Translations under genes and position numbers: made by a program
Part shown: in pieces, positions 38,141 through 46,881 of the stretch
How positions within the stretch are numbered: the stretch's first letter is position 1
How the letters are laid out: the number at the start of each line of letters is the position of its first letter
Source: an uncultured Verrucomicrobiaceae bacterium
GTDB lineage: Bacteria > Pseudomonadota > Gammaproteobacteria > Pseudomonadales > CAMLJR01
Length of the DNA stretch: 64,000 nucleotides
Assembly (NCBI GenBank): GCA_964515735.1
Contig: CAZEVP010000001.1
Coordinates: 14,749 to 78,748, forward strand
Direction of reading: 5' to 3'
Notes under the pieces: generated by a model
What the model saw: the letters and a program-made list of their open reading frames with translations, nothing else
The model's database searches: none
What the model was told of the DNA's origin: nothing

Positions 38141-38938
38141 TCAGCAGAGGTTCGTGTGCACGGTGGAGTTCGCGTTCCAGAACCAGTAGAAATAGCCGTT
38201 CTCGGTCTGCAGAAGAGTATGGGTCAACAAACTGTTCTTCCGGAGATGCCCCCAACAGGCGCGCGCCGAATTGCGATTGCCGTGCAGATCCACGCACTCC
38301 TGCCCAAACAGGGCGGGCATCGGCGGGATATACAACGCACTGCCACGCGGTACCCACAAATCCGCCAGCCGGATCTTGCCTGACTTCGGCCAGTAACGTC
38401 CCACCGAGATAACCAGCGGCAGTTCCGCGTCGGTGGAGGCAAAGATATGCGGGAAATCGTGATGTTCGAGATCGGTGCAGACGATGGTGAGCAGCTGATT
38501 GCCCGTCTCCTGATACGGCGACCAGTGACCGGCAAAAACACCGTATTCGTATTCAACCTGCGAGAGCCTCGCGACAGGGCTCGACAACACCACCGCCTGA
38601 CCGGGCTCCACCAATGTAATTCCAAACGCTGCAGCCACCTCGCGAGTCGCCCACATCGGCTCGTATACAACCTCTTTGGCGACGAATCCGAGCTGCGTCT
38701 CTATCCCATAAGGCGGTTTGGGTTTAACGCCAATGATTTCCGAAACGACATACTCCCGCCCCATTGCCACGCGGGGATCGGTGGTTGCTGGAGCAAGCGG
38801 TGTCACACCGGATGGCAACACCTCGAGATAGGTCGGATTGCCGTTATCGTTGTAAAAGAACGGGGTTGAGGAGATATCGACTTCCGTTTCACCTTTCCCG
38901 ATCTCAAAAAGCGGGGCATCAAAATATCCGTTGGCCAA
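38141..38938 (-). CDS. Hypothetical protein (265 aa), low-GC orphan
   Basis: Intact ORF MANGYFDAPLFEIGKGETEVD...WFWNANSTVHTNLC. No motif recognised. Bracketed by two bidirectional terminators. Confidence 0.55.
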   Translation of the reverse strand: MANGYFDAPLFEIGKGETEVDISSTPFFYNDNGNPTYLEVLPSGVTPLAPATTDPRVAMGREYVVSEIIGVKPKPPYGIETQLGFVAKEVVYEPMWATREVAAAFGITLVEPGQAVVLSSPVARLSQVEYEYGVFAGHWSPYQETGNQLLTIVCTDLEHHDFPHIFASTDAELPLVISVGRYWPKSGKIRLADLWVPRGSALYIPPMPALFGQECVDLHGNRNSARACWGHLRKNSLLTHTLLQTENGYFYWFWNANSTVHTNLC

Positions 38939-38970
38939 TTGCGCCTCCTCGACATCTAATTATCGGATGT

Positions 38971-39000
38971 AAAAAAGCCGTCGAAATCGACGGCTTTTTT
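38971..39000. terminator. Bidirectional intrinsic terminator after the aldehyde dehydrogenase gene
   Basis: aaaaaagccgtcg-aaat-cgacggctttttt read directly, 22 nt below the ALDH stop. Confidence 0.85.
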
Positions 39001-39021
39001 CGTTGCTGCCAAGCGGTGTGG

Positions 39022-40446
39022 TTACTGCGGCTGATAGCCAAGCAGCGACTTGATCTCCAGATACTCATGGAAACCGAACTCGCCCCACTCGCGGCCATTG
39101 CCGCTCTTCTTGTAGCCACCGAACGACGCATGGAAGTCGAAGCCGTCGTTGAGCGAGACCCAGCCCGAACGGATCTGGCGCGCCACGTCGCGCACCTTGT
39201 CCAGATCGGCGCCGGCGACGTTACCGGCGAGACCGAACGGCGAATCGTTGGCAATCTCGACAGCGTGATCGACGTCGTCATAACCGATGATGACCAGCAC
39301 CGGCCCGAAGATCTCTTCGCGCGCGATGACCATGTCGTTGGTGACATTGCCGAACACCGTCGGCTTCACGTAGAAACCTTTGGTCAACCCTTCCGGATGC
39401 CCCGGACCACCAGCCACCAGCGTGGCGCCCTCCTCGATCCCTTTCTGGATGTACTCCTGAATCGAATTGAACTGCGACTTCGAAACCACCGGCCCCATCG
39501 CCACGTCGCTGTTCGGATCGCCGACGGTCACCGAGGCGGCGGCCTCTTTCGCGACACGCATGGCTTCCTCCATGCGTGCCTTCGGCACCAGCATGCGCGA
39601 CGTCGCGCTGCAGGTCTGACCGGAGTTGACCATCATGCCGGTGACGCCCTTGGCGACGTTCTGCGCGAAATCGGCGTCGTCGAGAACGATGTTGGCGCTC
39701 TTGCCGCCCAGCTCCTGACAGACGCGCTTGACCGTATCGGCCGCGGCCTTGGCAACCTCGATGCCGGCGCCCTCGGAACCGGTGATCGACACCATGTCGA
39801 TGCCGGGATGACGCGCGATCGCATCGCCAACCACCGAGCCGCGTCCCTGAATCATGTTGAATACGCCGGCCGGCACACCGGCGGCATCGAAAATCTCGGC
39901 CAGAATATGCGCCGAGTAATGCGACTCCTGCGACGGCTTCAACACCACGGTGCAGCCGGCCGCCAGTGCCGGGAACACCTTGACGGTGACCTGATTGATC
40001 GGCCAGTTCCACGGCGTGATCATGCCGACGACGCCGATCGGCTCCTTGACGATCATCGTCTGGCCGCGCAGCTCGTCGAACCTGAATTCCTTCAGCACTT
40101 CAATGGCAGTGGTCAGGTGGCCAAGACCGAGGCCAATGTGGAAACCGCCGGCCAGCCCTTTCGGCGCGCCCATCTCTTCGGTGACGGCTTTCGCCAGATC
40201 GTCGGTGCGTTTCTGATACTCGGCGAGAATGCGCTCGAGCACCGCGACCCGCTCTTCGCGCGTCGTGCGCGACCAGCTTCCGAAGGCCTTGCGGGCCGCC
40301 TTGACGGCGCGATCGACGTCGGCGGCACCACCAAGCGCGATGGTGCCCGACGGCTCTTCGGTCGCCGGATTGATCGGATTTACCGTCTTGAATTCGATCG
40401 GGTCGACCCACTGGCCGTCGACGTAGAACTTCAGATATTCGCGCAT
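39022..40446 (-). CDS. NAD(P)-dependent aldehyde dehydrogenase
   Basis: FYVDGQWV...ELGGKSANIV...catalytic-Cys block SGQTCSATSRMLV...EEIFGPVL. ATG at 40446 (MREYLKFYVDGQW) preferred; the track ORF starts at 40467. Confidence 0.92.
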   Translation of the reverse strand: MREYLKFYVDGQWVDPIEFKTVNPINPATEEPSGTIALGGAADVDRAVKAARKAFGSWSRTTREERVAVLERILAEYQKRTDDLAKAVTEEMGAPKGLAGGFHIGLGLGHLTTAIEVLKEFRFDELRGQTMIVKEPIGVVGMITPWNWPINQVTVKVFPALAAGCTVVLKPSQESHYSAHILAEIFDAAGVPAGVFNMIQGRGSVVGDAIARHPGIDMVSITGSEGAGIEVAKAAADTVKRVCQELGGKSANIVLDDADFAQNVAKGVTGMMVNSGQTCSATSRMLVPKARMEEAMRVAKEAAASVTVGDPNSDVAMGPVVSKSQFNSIQEYIQKGIEEGATLVAGGPGHPEGLTKGFYVKPTVFGNVTNDMVIAREEIFGPVLVIIGYDDVDHAVEIANDSPFGLAGNVAGADLDKVRDVARQIRSGWVSLNDGFDFHASFGGYKKSGNGREWGEFGFHEYLEIKSLLGYQPQ

Positions 40447-40582
40447 GAGTGGAACCGTCCTCTTCATGAACAGATAGCCGGCGACAACGCGCCGGCTACA
40501 TGTGACAGGTGTCTTGCATGATCGTGCCGCCCGATCTTAAGGAGCGACACGATTATTGCAACCAATCGGTCCGTACAACGCA

Positions 40583-42331
40583 TCAATAAGCGTCTTCGGC
40601 CTCCGCCCCGTAACCGGCCTTGAAGTCGGTGTACCAGGATTTGAACTCCTCGTAGTTCGGTGCCTCCATCGCGTTGGCGTAGGGCTCGACCGGCACCTGG
40701 ATCACCACCGGCCGGCCACTGGCGGCCGCGCGCTCGATGGCGGCGGCAACCGTCGGCGCGATGTCTTCCTCGCGTTCGACGTAGTGGCCCTCGGCACCGA
40801 AGCCCTCGGCGACCTTGTCGAAGCGCACCCAGTTGCCCCAGTGCGCTTCGGTCTCCGGTGAATCGGGACCAACCTGCTTCTTCCAGCAGCCGACTTCCAG
40901 ACCCCAGGCGTAATCACAGGCGACCACCGTGACGATCGGCAGTTTCTTGCGCACGGCGGTCTCCAGTTCGTTCAGCGAGAACATGAACGAGGAGTCACCG
41001 GTGATGAAGACGACCGGGCGCTTGCCGTCGGTCGCCAGCGCTGCGCCGATCGCATACGGCAGGCCGGTGCCGAGATGGCCGGTGTTCTGGTTCCACACCA
41101 GATCCTCCGGCTTGTACTGCGAATAGGTCCAGCCGTAGATCGTGGTGGAGCCACCGTCGGCCGCGTAGATAGCGTTGCTCGGAATGACCTTGGTGGCCTC
41201 GACGATCAGGCGCGCCGGGTGCACCGGGGAGCCGCCGCTCGGCACCTCGTCCAGCAGCCTGGCGCGCCACTCTTTCTGCATCGTTTTCCAGCTCTGGAAT
41301 TCGGCGCTGCCGCTGCGCTGGAAATCGCCCAGCGCGTCGATCAGCTGCGGAATGATGTCGCGCATGCAGCCGACCAGCGGCGCGTCGATCGGACGGTTCA
41401 CACCGATGGCGGCGGCGTCGCGCTCGATGTAGATCCACTTGCGGTTGGCGTCGCCCTTCTCCCAGTGACGGCCGATGCCCATGTGCACCGGCTCGCCGAG
41501 TTCGGTGCCGATGGCGATGCAGAGATCGGATTCACCGGCGGCGGCGCGGCCGGCCGGCGAGAAGCCGTAGGCGAAGGTGCGCTCCTCCTGGCCCTTGATC
41601 GTCATCGAGCAGCCGGAGGTCTGCAGGATCGGGCAATCGAGCTTCTCGGCGAGCTGCGCGACCAGCGCGTGCGAACGCGAGGTGAACATGCCCTGCCCGA
41701 CCAGCAGCACCGGGTTCTTCGCCGCCTTGATCAGCTCGACGGCTTTCCTGACCATCGTGCCGCTGGCCGCCTGTTCGACCATGCGGTACTTCTCCGGCGC
41801 CTGCACCGGCGGCCAGTTGTAGGTCTCGTGAATGACCGACAGCGGCAGCTCGACGTAGACCGGGCCGGGCTTGCCGGTGGTGCACTGACGAATCGCCTCG
41901 CGCACGATCTCATCGACCTGATCCGGCTCTTCGATGATGGCGGCGTATTTCACCAGCGGCCGGAAGTGGTCGATCTGGTTCATGTACTGGATGCGGCCGA
42001 CGCGGGCGCGCTGGTTGGCGGTGCGCGAGCGGTTGCCACCGAAGAAGATCGTCGGCGAGCCCTCTTTCTTGGCGACGATCATCGCCGTGGCCAGGTTGGA
42101 GACACCGGGACCCTGGGTGCCGAAGCAGACGCCCGGCTTGCCGGTCATGCGCGACCAGGCATCGGCCATGAAGGCGCCATTCTGCTCGTGGTGCGGCGCG
42201 ACCACTTTCCAGCCGCGCTTCTCGCACACCATGGCCATGTGGATGAAGCCCGGATCGGGAATGCCGAACAGCGTGTTGATTCCTTCGGCTTCGAGCAGGT
42301 GGACGATGCGCTCGTGAACGGGTACGGACAT
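40583..42331 (-). CDS. Thiamine-diphosphate-dependent enzyme, ALS-like fold (paralogue B)
   Basis: 582 aa, collinear with paralogue A. PHHEQNGAFMADAW, QRARVGRIQ, TGDSSFMFSLNELE...VVACDYAWG, C-terminal PNYEEFKSWY. Confidence 0.85.
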   Translation of the reverse strand: MSVPVHERIVHLLEAEGINTLFGIPDPGFIHMAMVCEKRGWKVVAPHHEQNGAFMADAWSRMTGKPGVCFGTQGPGVSNLATAMIVAKKEGSPTIFFGGNRSRTANQRARVGRIQYMNQIDHFRPLVKYAAIIEEPDQVDEIVREAIRQCTTGKPGPVYVELPLSVIHETYNWPPVQAPEKYRMVEQAASGTMVRKAVELIKAAKNPVLLVGQGMFTSRSHALVAQLAEKLDCPILQTSGCSMTIKGQEERTFAYGFSPAGRAAAGESDLCIAIGTELGEPVHMGIGRHWEKGDANRKWIYIERDAAAIGVNRPIDAPLVGCMRDIIPQLIDALGDFQRSGSAEFQSWKTMQKEWRARLLDEVPSGGSPVHPARLIVEATKVIPSNAIYAADGGSTTIYGWTYSQYKPEDLVWNQNTGHLGTGLPYAIGAALATDGKRPVVFITGDSSFMFSLNELETAVRKKLPIVTVVACDYAWGLEVGCWKKQVGPDSPETEAHWGNWVRFDKVAEGFGAEGHYVEREEDIAPTVAAAIERAAASGRPVVIQVPVEPYANAMEAPNYEEFKSWYTDFKAGYGAEAEDAY

Positions 42332-42363
42332 GACTCAACTCTCCAGTGAAGATTTCCGGCAGC

Positions 42364-42396
42364 GAAAAACCGGAATGGCGGTCGACCCCATTCCGG
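42364..42396 (-). terminator. Intrinsic terminator between Rieske-1 and ThDP-B
   Basis: On the minus strand: ccggaatgg-ggtcgaccg-ccattccgg followed by ttttt. Perfect 9-bp stem. Confidence 0.75.
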
Positions 42397-42438
42397 CTTC
42401 GCACTCATCGACGATGAAACAGCAGCTTTATTTCTCGA

Positions 42439-43842
42439 TCAGGACTTCTTGATCAGGCGCGGTGCACCGGTTCCCATGAAACGCCCCAGATGGCGATGGA
42501 AGTTGGTGATCTTCTGCTCCTGATGCGGGTTCGGCAGCGTGCCGCGGAAACCGCGCGACTTCATTCCTTTCTGCACCCACTCCATGTTGGCGAAATCCTG
42601 CGCCAGCACCATGCCCCACTTCTCGGCGGTCGGCTCGGCGTAGACCCACTCGGCCTTCGGCTCCTCCCCTTCCGGGAAGCGTTCGAGCGCGTAGGACTCG
42701 AAGATGCACTTGTTCGGATCGCGGCCATACGGACGCACGCGATAGCAGAGCGCGAAGGTGATGCCCTGCAGGATGGTCTGGTTCGGGAACAGGCTCCAGG
42801 CCAGCCCCGCTTCGGATTGCTGCGCCGGCGTCAGCTCCGGCCAGATGACGCCACGTTTGGCATCATCGGCCTTGGCCGATTTCAGCCAGTGCGCGAGCAC
42901 CTCCTGCACCGGCGTGCCCTCGGGCAGCTCGTCGACGAGGCGCTTGGCCGCGTTCACCAGCGTTTCGGTGGAGGCGGCGTAGTTGACCGTTTCGTAATTC
43001 TCGCGCGCCAGCTCGTAGGTGGAGATACGCGGGTCGCCGAGACCGGCGCGCGTCACCGACGTGCTCTGCGCGGTTTTCTGGCTGGCGTCGCGCTCGTCGA
43101 AACCGCTGACGCCGTGCAGGCCGTACGGTTTGCTGTAGGCATAGAACTGGCCGTACTTCAGCAGCTGCGAGTGGGTGCCGGCGACGTGGTACGGCTCCAT
43201 GAACGCTTCGATGGCGGTCTTCCAGTTGCACGGATAGATCGCCCACTGGCGCCACTTGTAGCGCATCTTGTCGAACTGAAACGGGCTGAGGATGCGATCG
43301 ACCTCGCCGAGGAAGTCGAGCAGCGGCTCGCACTCCGGGTCCATGTTGACGTAGATCCAGCCACCCCAGGTGTCGACCTTCAGTTCGGACAGGCAGGTCA
43401 GCGCTTCGTCGTCGAGCGCGCCCTTCCAGTCCTGCTTGTCGAGGATGTGGGTGTTCCTGCCCTCGAGGTTGAAGGTCCAGCCGTGGAAGCCGCAGACGAA
43501 ATTCTTCTTCTTGCCCTTGACGCAGTTGACGTCGTCCGGCGTGTTGACCAGCTGGCGGCCGCGGTGCGGGCAGACGTTGTAGTACGCCTTCAGCGTGTCG
43601 GGCGCGGTGCGGATGACGATGATCGACTCGTCGAGGATGTTGTAGGTGATGAAGTTGCCGACCTCGGGAATATCCTCGACGCGGCCGGCCATCTGCCACA
43701 CCTTCGACCAGAGCTTCTCCATCTCCGCATCGGCGTACTCCTGCGAAACGAACGCATCGACCGGATAGGTCAACGGCTCCGCCAGATCGGCATCCGTCAC
43801 CGCAATTCTGTCCTGAACCGGAATCTCTGTTTTCTTGTTCAT
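42439..43842 (-). CDS. Rieske [2Fe-2S] non-heme-iron oxygenase, alpha-type subunit (paralogue 1)
   Basis: Rieske CPHRGRQL...CGFHGWTF. Catalytic-domain EAFMEPYHVAGTH. ATG at 43842 (MNKKTEIPV, parallel to paralogue 2) lies 9 nt after the BVMO-1 stop. Confidence 0.9.
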   Translation of the reverse strand: MNKKTEIPVQDRIAVTDADLAEPLTYPVDAFVSQEYADAEMEKLWSKVWQMAGRVEDIPEVGNFITYNILDESIIVIRTAPDTLKAYYNVCPHRGRQLVNTPDDVNCVKGKKKNFVCGFHGWTFNLEGRNTHILDKQDWKGALDDEALTCLSELKVDTWGGWIYVNMDPECEPLLDFLGEVDRILSPFQFDKMRYKWRQWAIYPCNWKTAIEAFMEPYHVAGTHSQLLKYGQFYAYSKPYGLHGVSGFDERDASQKTAQSTSVTRAGLGDPRISTYELARENYETVNYAASTETLVNAAKRLVDELPEGTPVQEVLAHWLKSAKADDAKRGVIWPELTPAQQSEAGLAWSLFPNQTILQGITFALCYRVRPYGRDPNKCIFESYALERFPEGEEPKAEWVYAEPTAEKWGMVLAQDFANMEWVQKGMKSRGFRGTLPNPHQEQKITNFHRHLGRFMGTGAPRLIKKS

Positions 43843-43851
43843 GGCTCTCAC

Positions 43852-45717
43852 CTATCGACCAGATTCAACGATCAGACCTTCCAGATCACCTTTGTTCCGC
43901 CACTCTTCCATCCACTGCTCGAAGGCATCCCAGCCCGGGCCGTAGGTCTCGCCCAGCGCGTAACGGATGCGCTCCTTGCCCGCTTCGTCGGCCACCTTGT
44001 GGCCCTCGTTGTTGTAGTAGCCGGGCGGGCACTGATTGAGGAAGTCGGAGATGTCGACAGCCGTTTCGCGCAGATGGTTCACGTAGGCGGTCTGCGCCTC
44101 TTCGCTCGGCTCCACGGCAACGGCGCCGCGCGCCAGCGCCTCCTTGATGATGTAGGCGATGTGGTAACCCTGCTGGCCGTACTGTTCGGTGGTGCTGCCG
44201 TTGAGACCGCCCTGGTAGTAACCGATGAAGTACTGGTTCGGGAATTTGGTGGTCATAACGCCGTGGAAGGTCTTGTAGCCGCGCGCCCAGTGGTCGTAGA
44301 TCGACACGCCGTCGCGGCCGACATAGCTGCCGATGCCCCAGCGGCGGTCGAGATCACTGCTCACCTCGAAACCACTGGCGAAGATCATGCAGTCGATCTC
44401 GTACTCCTTGCCGTTGGCGACGAAGCCCTTCTCGGTCATCCGCTCCACGCCCTGCGTATCCGACACGTCGATCAGCTCGACGTTGGGGCGGTTGAAGGTG
44501 TCGTAGTAGTCGTCGTTGGAGAGCGGGCGCTTGCACAGGAAGCGGTACCAGACCTTCAGCTTCTCGGCGGTTTCCTTGTCCTTGACCAGCGTGTCGACGC
44601 GGTGGCGCATGCGTTCCATGACGCGGAAGTCCATCACTTCGCGGCGGGCGAAGTAATCCTCGATCGTGATCGTCTCGTCGATGCCCTCGGCGCGCAGCTC
44701 GGCGGCCATGTTGCGGCTGATCTCGGTCCAGAAGTCGCACACCTGATCGTCTTCACCGGGCCGCAGACGCCCCTCCACGGCAGCGTGGTGGAAGTTGGCG
44801 ATGCGCTCCTTCTGCCAGCCGGGCTTGAGGCTCTTCGCCCACTCGGGATCGGTCGGCGCGTTGTAGCGCTGGTCCACCGCCGACGGCGTGCGCTGCAGTA
44901 CGTAGACCTGCTTCGCGTATTTGCCGAGATAGGGAATGGCCTGAATGGCGGTGGCGCCGGTGCCGATGATCGCCACGCGCTTGTCGGCCAGCTTGTCCAG
45001 CACCGGGTTGCGGTAGCTGCCGCCGCTGTAGTCGTACTCCCAGCGCGAGGTGTGGAACATCTTGCCCTTGAAGTCGTGGATGCCGGGAATGCCGGGCAGC
45101 TTGGGAATGTTCAGCAGGCCGTTGGCCATGATGACGTGGCGCGCGCGGATGTCGTCGCCGCGGTTGGTGCCGATGCGCCAGCGCTTGATGCTCTCGTCCC
45201 AGCGCAGCGAGGTGACCAGCGTGTGGAACAGCGCGCCGTCGCCGAGGCCGAACTTGCTGGCGATCTGCTTGATGTAGTCGTAGATCTCGTAGCCGTCGGA
45301 GTATTTCTTCGACGGCATGAAGCCGGTCTCTTCGAGCAGCGGCAGGTAGCAGTAAGCGTCGTTGTCGCACTGGATGCCGGGGTAGCGGTTCCAGTACCAG
45401 ACACCGCCCCAGTCGCCGCCGTGGTCGATGTTGCGGAAGTTGGTGACGCCGGCCTTCTTCAGGTGATAGGCGGCCAGCACGCCGGAAAAACCGGTGCCGA
45501 GAACGGCGACGTCGAGATCCTCGGAGACCGGATCGCGCGGCACCACCGGCATGTGCGGGTCGGCGAAATAGGATTCGCTGAACTCCTCCGTGGTCTTGGC
45601 ATATTGCTTCTGCCCTTCCGGCCGGATGCGCCGGTCGCGCTCCTTGCGGTATCGCTCCTGCAGCGCCGGAATGTCGATTTCAGAAGCCGGCGGCACATTG
45701 GTGGACTGGCATTTCAT
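43852..45717 (-). CDS. Type I Baeyer-Villiger (flavin/NADPH) monooxygenase (paralogue 1)
   Basis: 621 aa. GxGxxG VAVLGTGFSG, GGVWYWNRYPGIQCD, BVMO fingerprint FKGKMFHTSRW, second Rossmann VAIIGTGATA. Confidence 0.88.
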   Translation of the reverse strand: MKCQSTNVPPASEIDIPALQERYRKERDRRIRPEGQKQYAKTTEEFSESYFADPHMPVVPRDPVSEDLDVAVLGTGFSGVLAAYHLKKAGVTNFRNIDHGGDWGGVWYWNRYPGIQCDNDAYCYLPLLEETGFMPSKKYSDGYEIYDYIKQIASKFGLGDGALFHTLVTSLRWDESIKRWRIGTNRGDDIRARHVIMANGLLNIPKLPGIPGIHDFKGKMFHTSRWEYDYSGGSYRNPVLDKLADKRVAIIGTGATAIQAIPYLGKYAKQVYVLQRTPSAVDQRYNAPTDPEWAKSLKPGWQKERIANFHHAAVEGRLRPGEDDQVCDFWTEISRNMAAELRAEGIDETITIEDYFARREVMDFRVMERMRHRVDTLVKDKETAEKLKVWYRFLCKRPLSNDDYYDTFNRPNVELIDVSDTQGVERMTEKGFVANGKEYEIDCMIFASGFEVSSDLDRRWGIGSYVGRDGVSIYDHWARGYKTFHGVMTTKFPNQYFIGYYQGGLNGSTTEQYGQQGYHIAYIIKEALARGAVAVEPSEEAQTAYVNHLRETAVDISDFLNQCPPGYYNNEGHKVADEAGKERIRYALGETYGPGWDAFEQWMEEWRNKGDLEGLIVESGR

Positions 45718-45803
45718 GCGAAGACCTCTTCAGACGGTGCTGGTTTGACGATTCCGGTTCAGGCACGGAGCCGGATGGCGATGATCCACATCATATTGTG
45801 AGT

Positions 45804-45824
45804 CAACAGTGTTGTCTACTGTTG
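45804..45824. promoter_or_regulatory. Overlapping palindromes CAACAgTGTTG / CAACAGT-N7-ACTGTTG upstream of the BVMO-1 operon
   Basis: Read directly, 87-107 bp upstream of the BVMO-1 ATG. The same CAACA-N-TGTTG core occurs upstream of BVMO-2. Confidence 0.45.
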
Positions 45825-45936
45825 TCGATGGCGGCACTGCCCGAACGAAAACGGCGCGGACGGATATTGCGCGCAGGTGCCATCGGCAACTGTCGCTACA
45901 GGAAATCGGTGGATTCTACGGCAGGAAGAGGAAGCG

Positions 45937-45958
45937 GTGCCGGCATCGATGCCGGCAC
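45937..45958. repeat. Perfect 22-bp palindrome/hairpin downstream of SDR-1
   Basis: gtgccggcatcgatgccggcac is its own reverse complement. It lies 54 nt below the SDR-1 stop. No clear U-tract. Confidence 0.6.
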
Positions 45959-46011
45959 GCGTGGTGCGGGGAAAATCGCGGTTCCGATGCCCGGCGGAAG
46001 GCCGGAACGGC

Positions 46012-46770
46012 TCACTGCATGTAGCGGCCACCGTTGACGCTCAGCGTCAGCCCGGTGATGTAGCCCGAGGCCTCGGAGGCCAGGAACGCCACGGCATTGG
46101 CGATGTCCTCCGGCTGCCCGACCCGGTTCACCGGAATCTGGCTCTTGGTATAGCCTTCGATGCCACCGGCCAGACGCGCCTCGACCGATTTCAGGCCGTC
46201 GGTGTAGACGAAGCTCGGCGGCACGTTGTTGACGGTGATGCCGAGCGGCCCGACCTCCTGCGCCAGCGACTTGGTGAAGGCGATGACGCCGCCCTTGGTC
46301 GCCGCGTAGTGCACCATGCGCTTCGCGCCGGACTGCGCGCTGGACGAGGAGATGTTGATGATGCGGCCCCACTTGGCATCGATCATGTCGCCGATGATCG
46401 CCTGCGTGCACATGAAGAGCCCCTTCATGTTGATGTCGAAGACGCGGTCCCAGTCCTCGAGCGTGATGTCGACGAAATCCTTCTCCGGCGAGATCGCCGC
46501 GTTGTTGACCAGAATGCCGATCGGCCCCAGCTGCTCGCGCACCGTCTTCACGGCCGCTTCGATCTGGCTGCCATTGGAGACGTCGACCTGGCAGATCACC
46601 ACCCGGCGCCCGAGCGCCTTCACTTCGTCCGCGACGCTCTGCGCGGCGTCGGTGTTGCGGTCCCAGATCGCGATGTCGGCGCCGTCGCGCGCCAGGAAAC
46701 GGCAGATCGCCGCGCCGATGCCCGCCGCGCCACCGGTCACCACCGCCACTTTTCGCTTCGATTCAGTCAT
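46012..46770 (-). CDS. Classical short-chain dehydrogenase/reductase (SDR-1)
   Basis: VVTGGAAGIGAA, NNAA, SSSSAQ...YAATKGG catalytic tetrad context. Confidence 0.9.
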   Translation of the reverse strand: MTESKRKVAVVTGGAAGIGAAICRFLARDGADIAIWDRNTDAAQSVADEVKALGRRVVICQVDVSNGSQIEAAVKTVREQLGPIGILVNNAAISPEKDFVDITLEDWDRVFDINMKGLFMCTQAIIGDMIDAKWGRIINISSSSAQSGAKRMVHYAATKGGVIAFTKSLAQEVGPLGITVNNVPPSFVYTDGLKSVEARLAGGIEGYTKSQIPVNRVGQPEDIANAVAFLASEASGYITGLTLSVNGGRYMQ

Positions 46771-46804
46771 GCCAAACCCTCCACTCGCTCGATATCTTCA
46801 GGGT

Positions 46805-46820
46805 GTTCGCATATGCGAAT
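46805..46820. promoter_or_regulatory. Operator-like palindrome GTTCGCATATGCGAAt upstream of SDR-1
   Basis: 15/16 palindromic, 35-50 bp upstream of the SDR-1 ATG. Near-identical to the site at 47674. Confidence 0.55.
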
Positions 46821-46881
46821 ATAACTACGCAACCGCAAACGGTCGCCGGATTCTACGTCAGCCGGAACATTTTTCAACCTT

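Noticed and set aside
42490-45801. 1103-aa plus-strand ORF opposite Rieske-1 and BVMO-1
   Set aside because: Same high-GC antisense artefact. It has no motifs, runs across a gene boundary, and the opposite strand carries complete Rieske and BVMO signatures.
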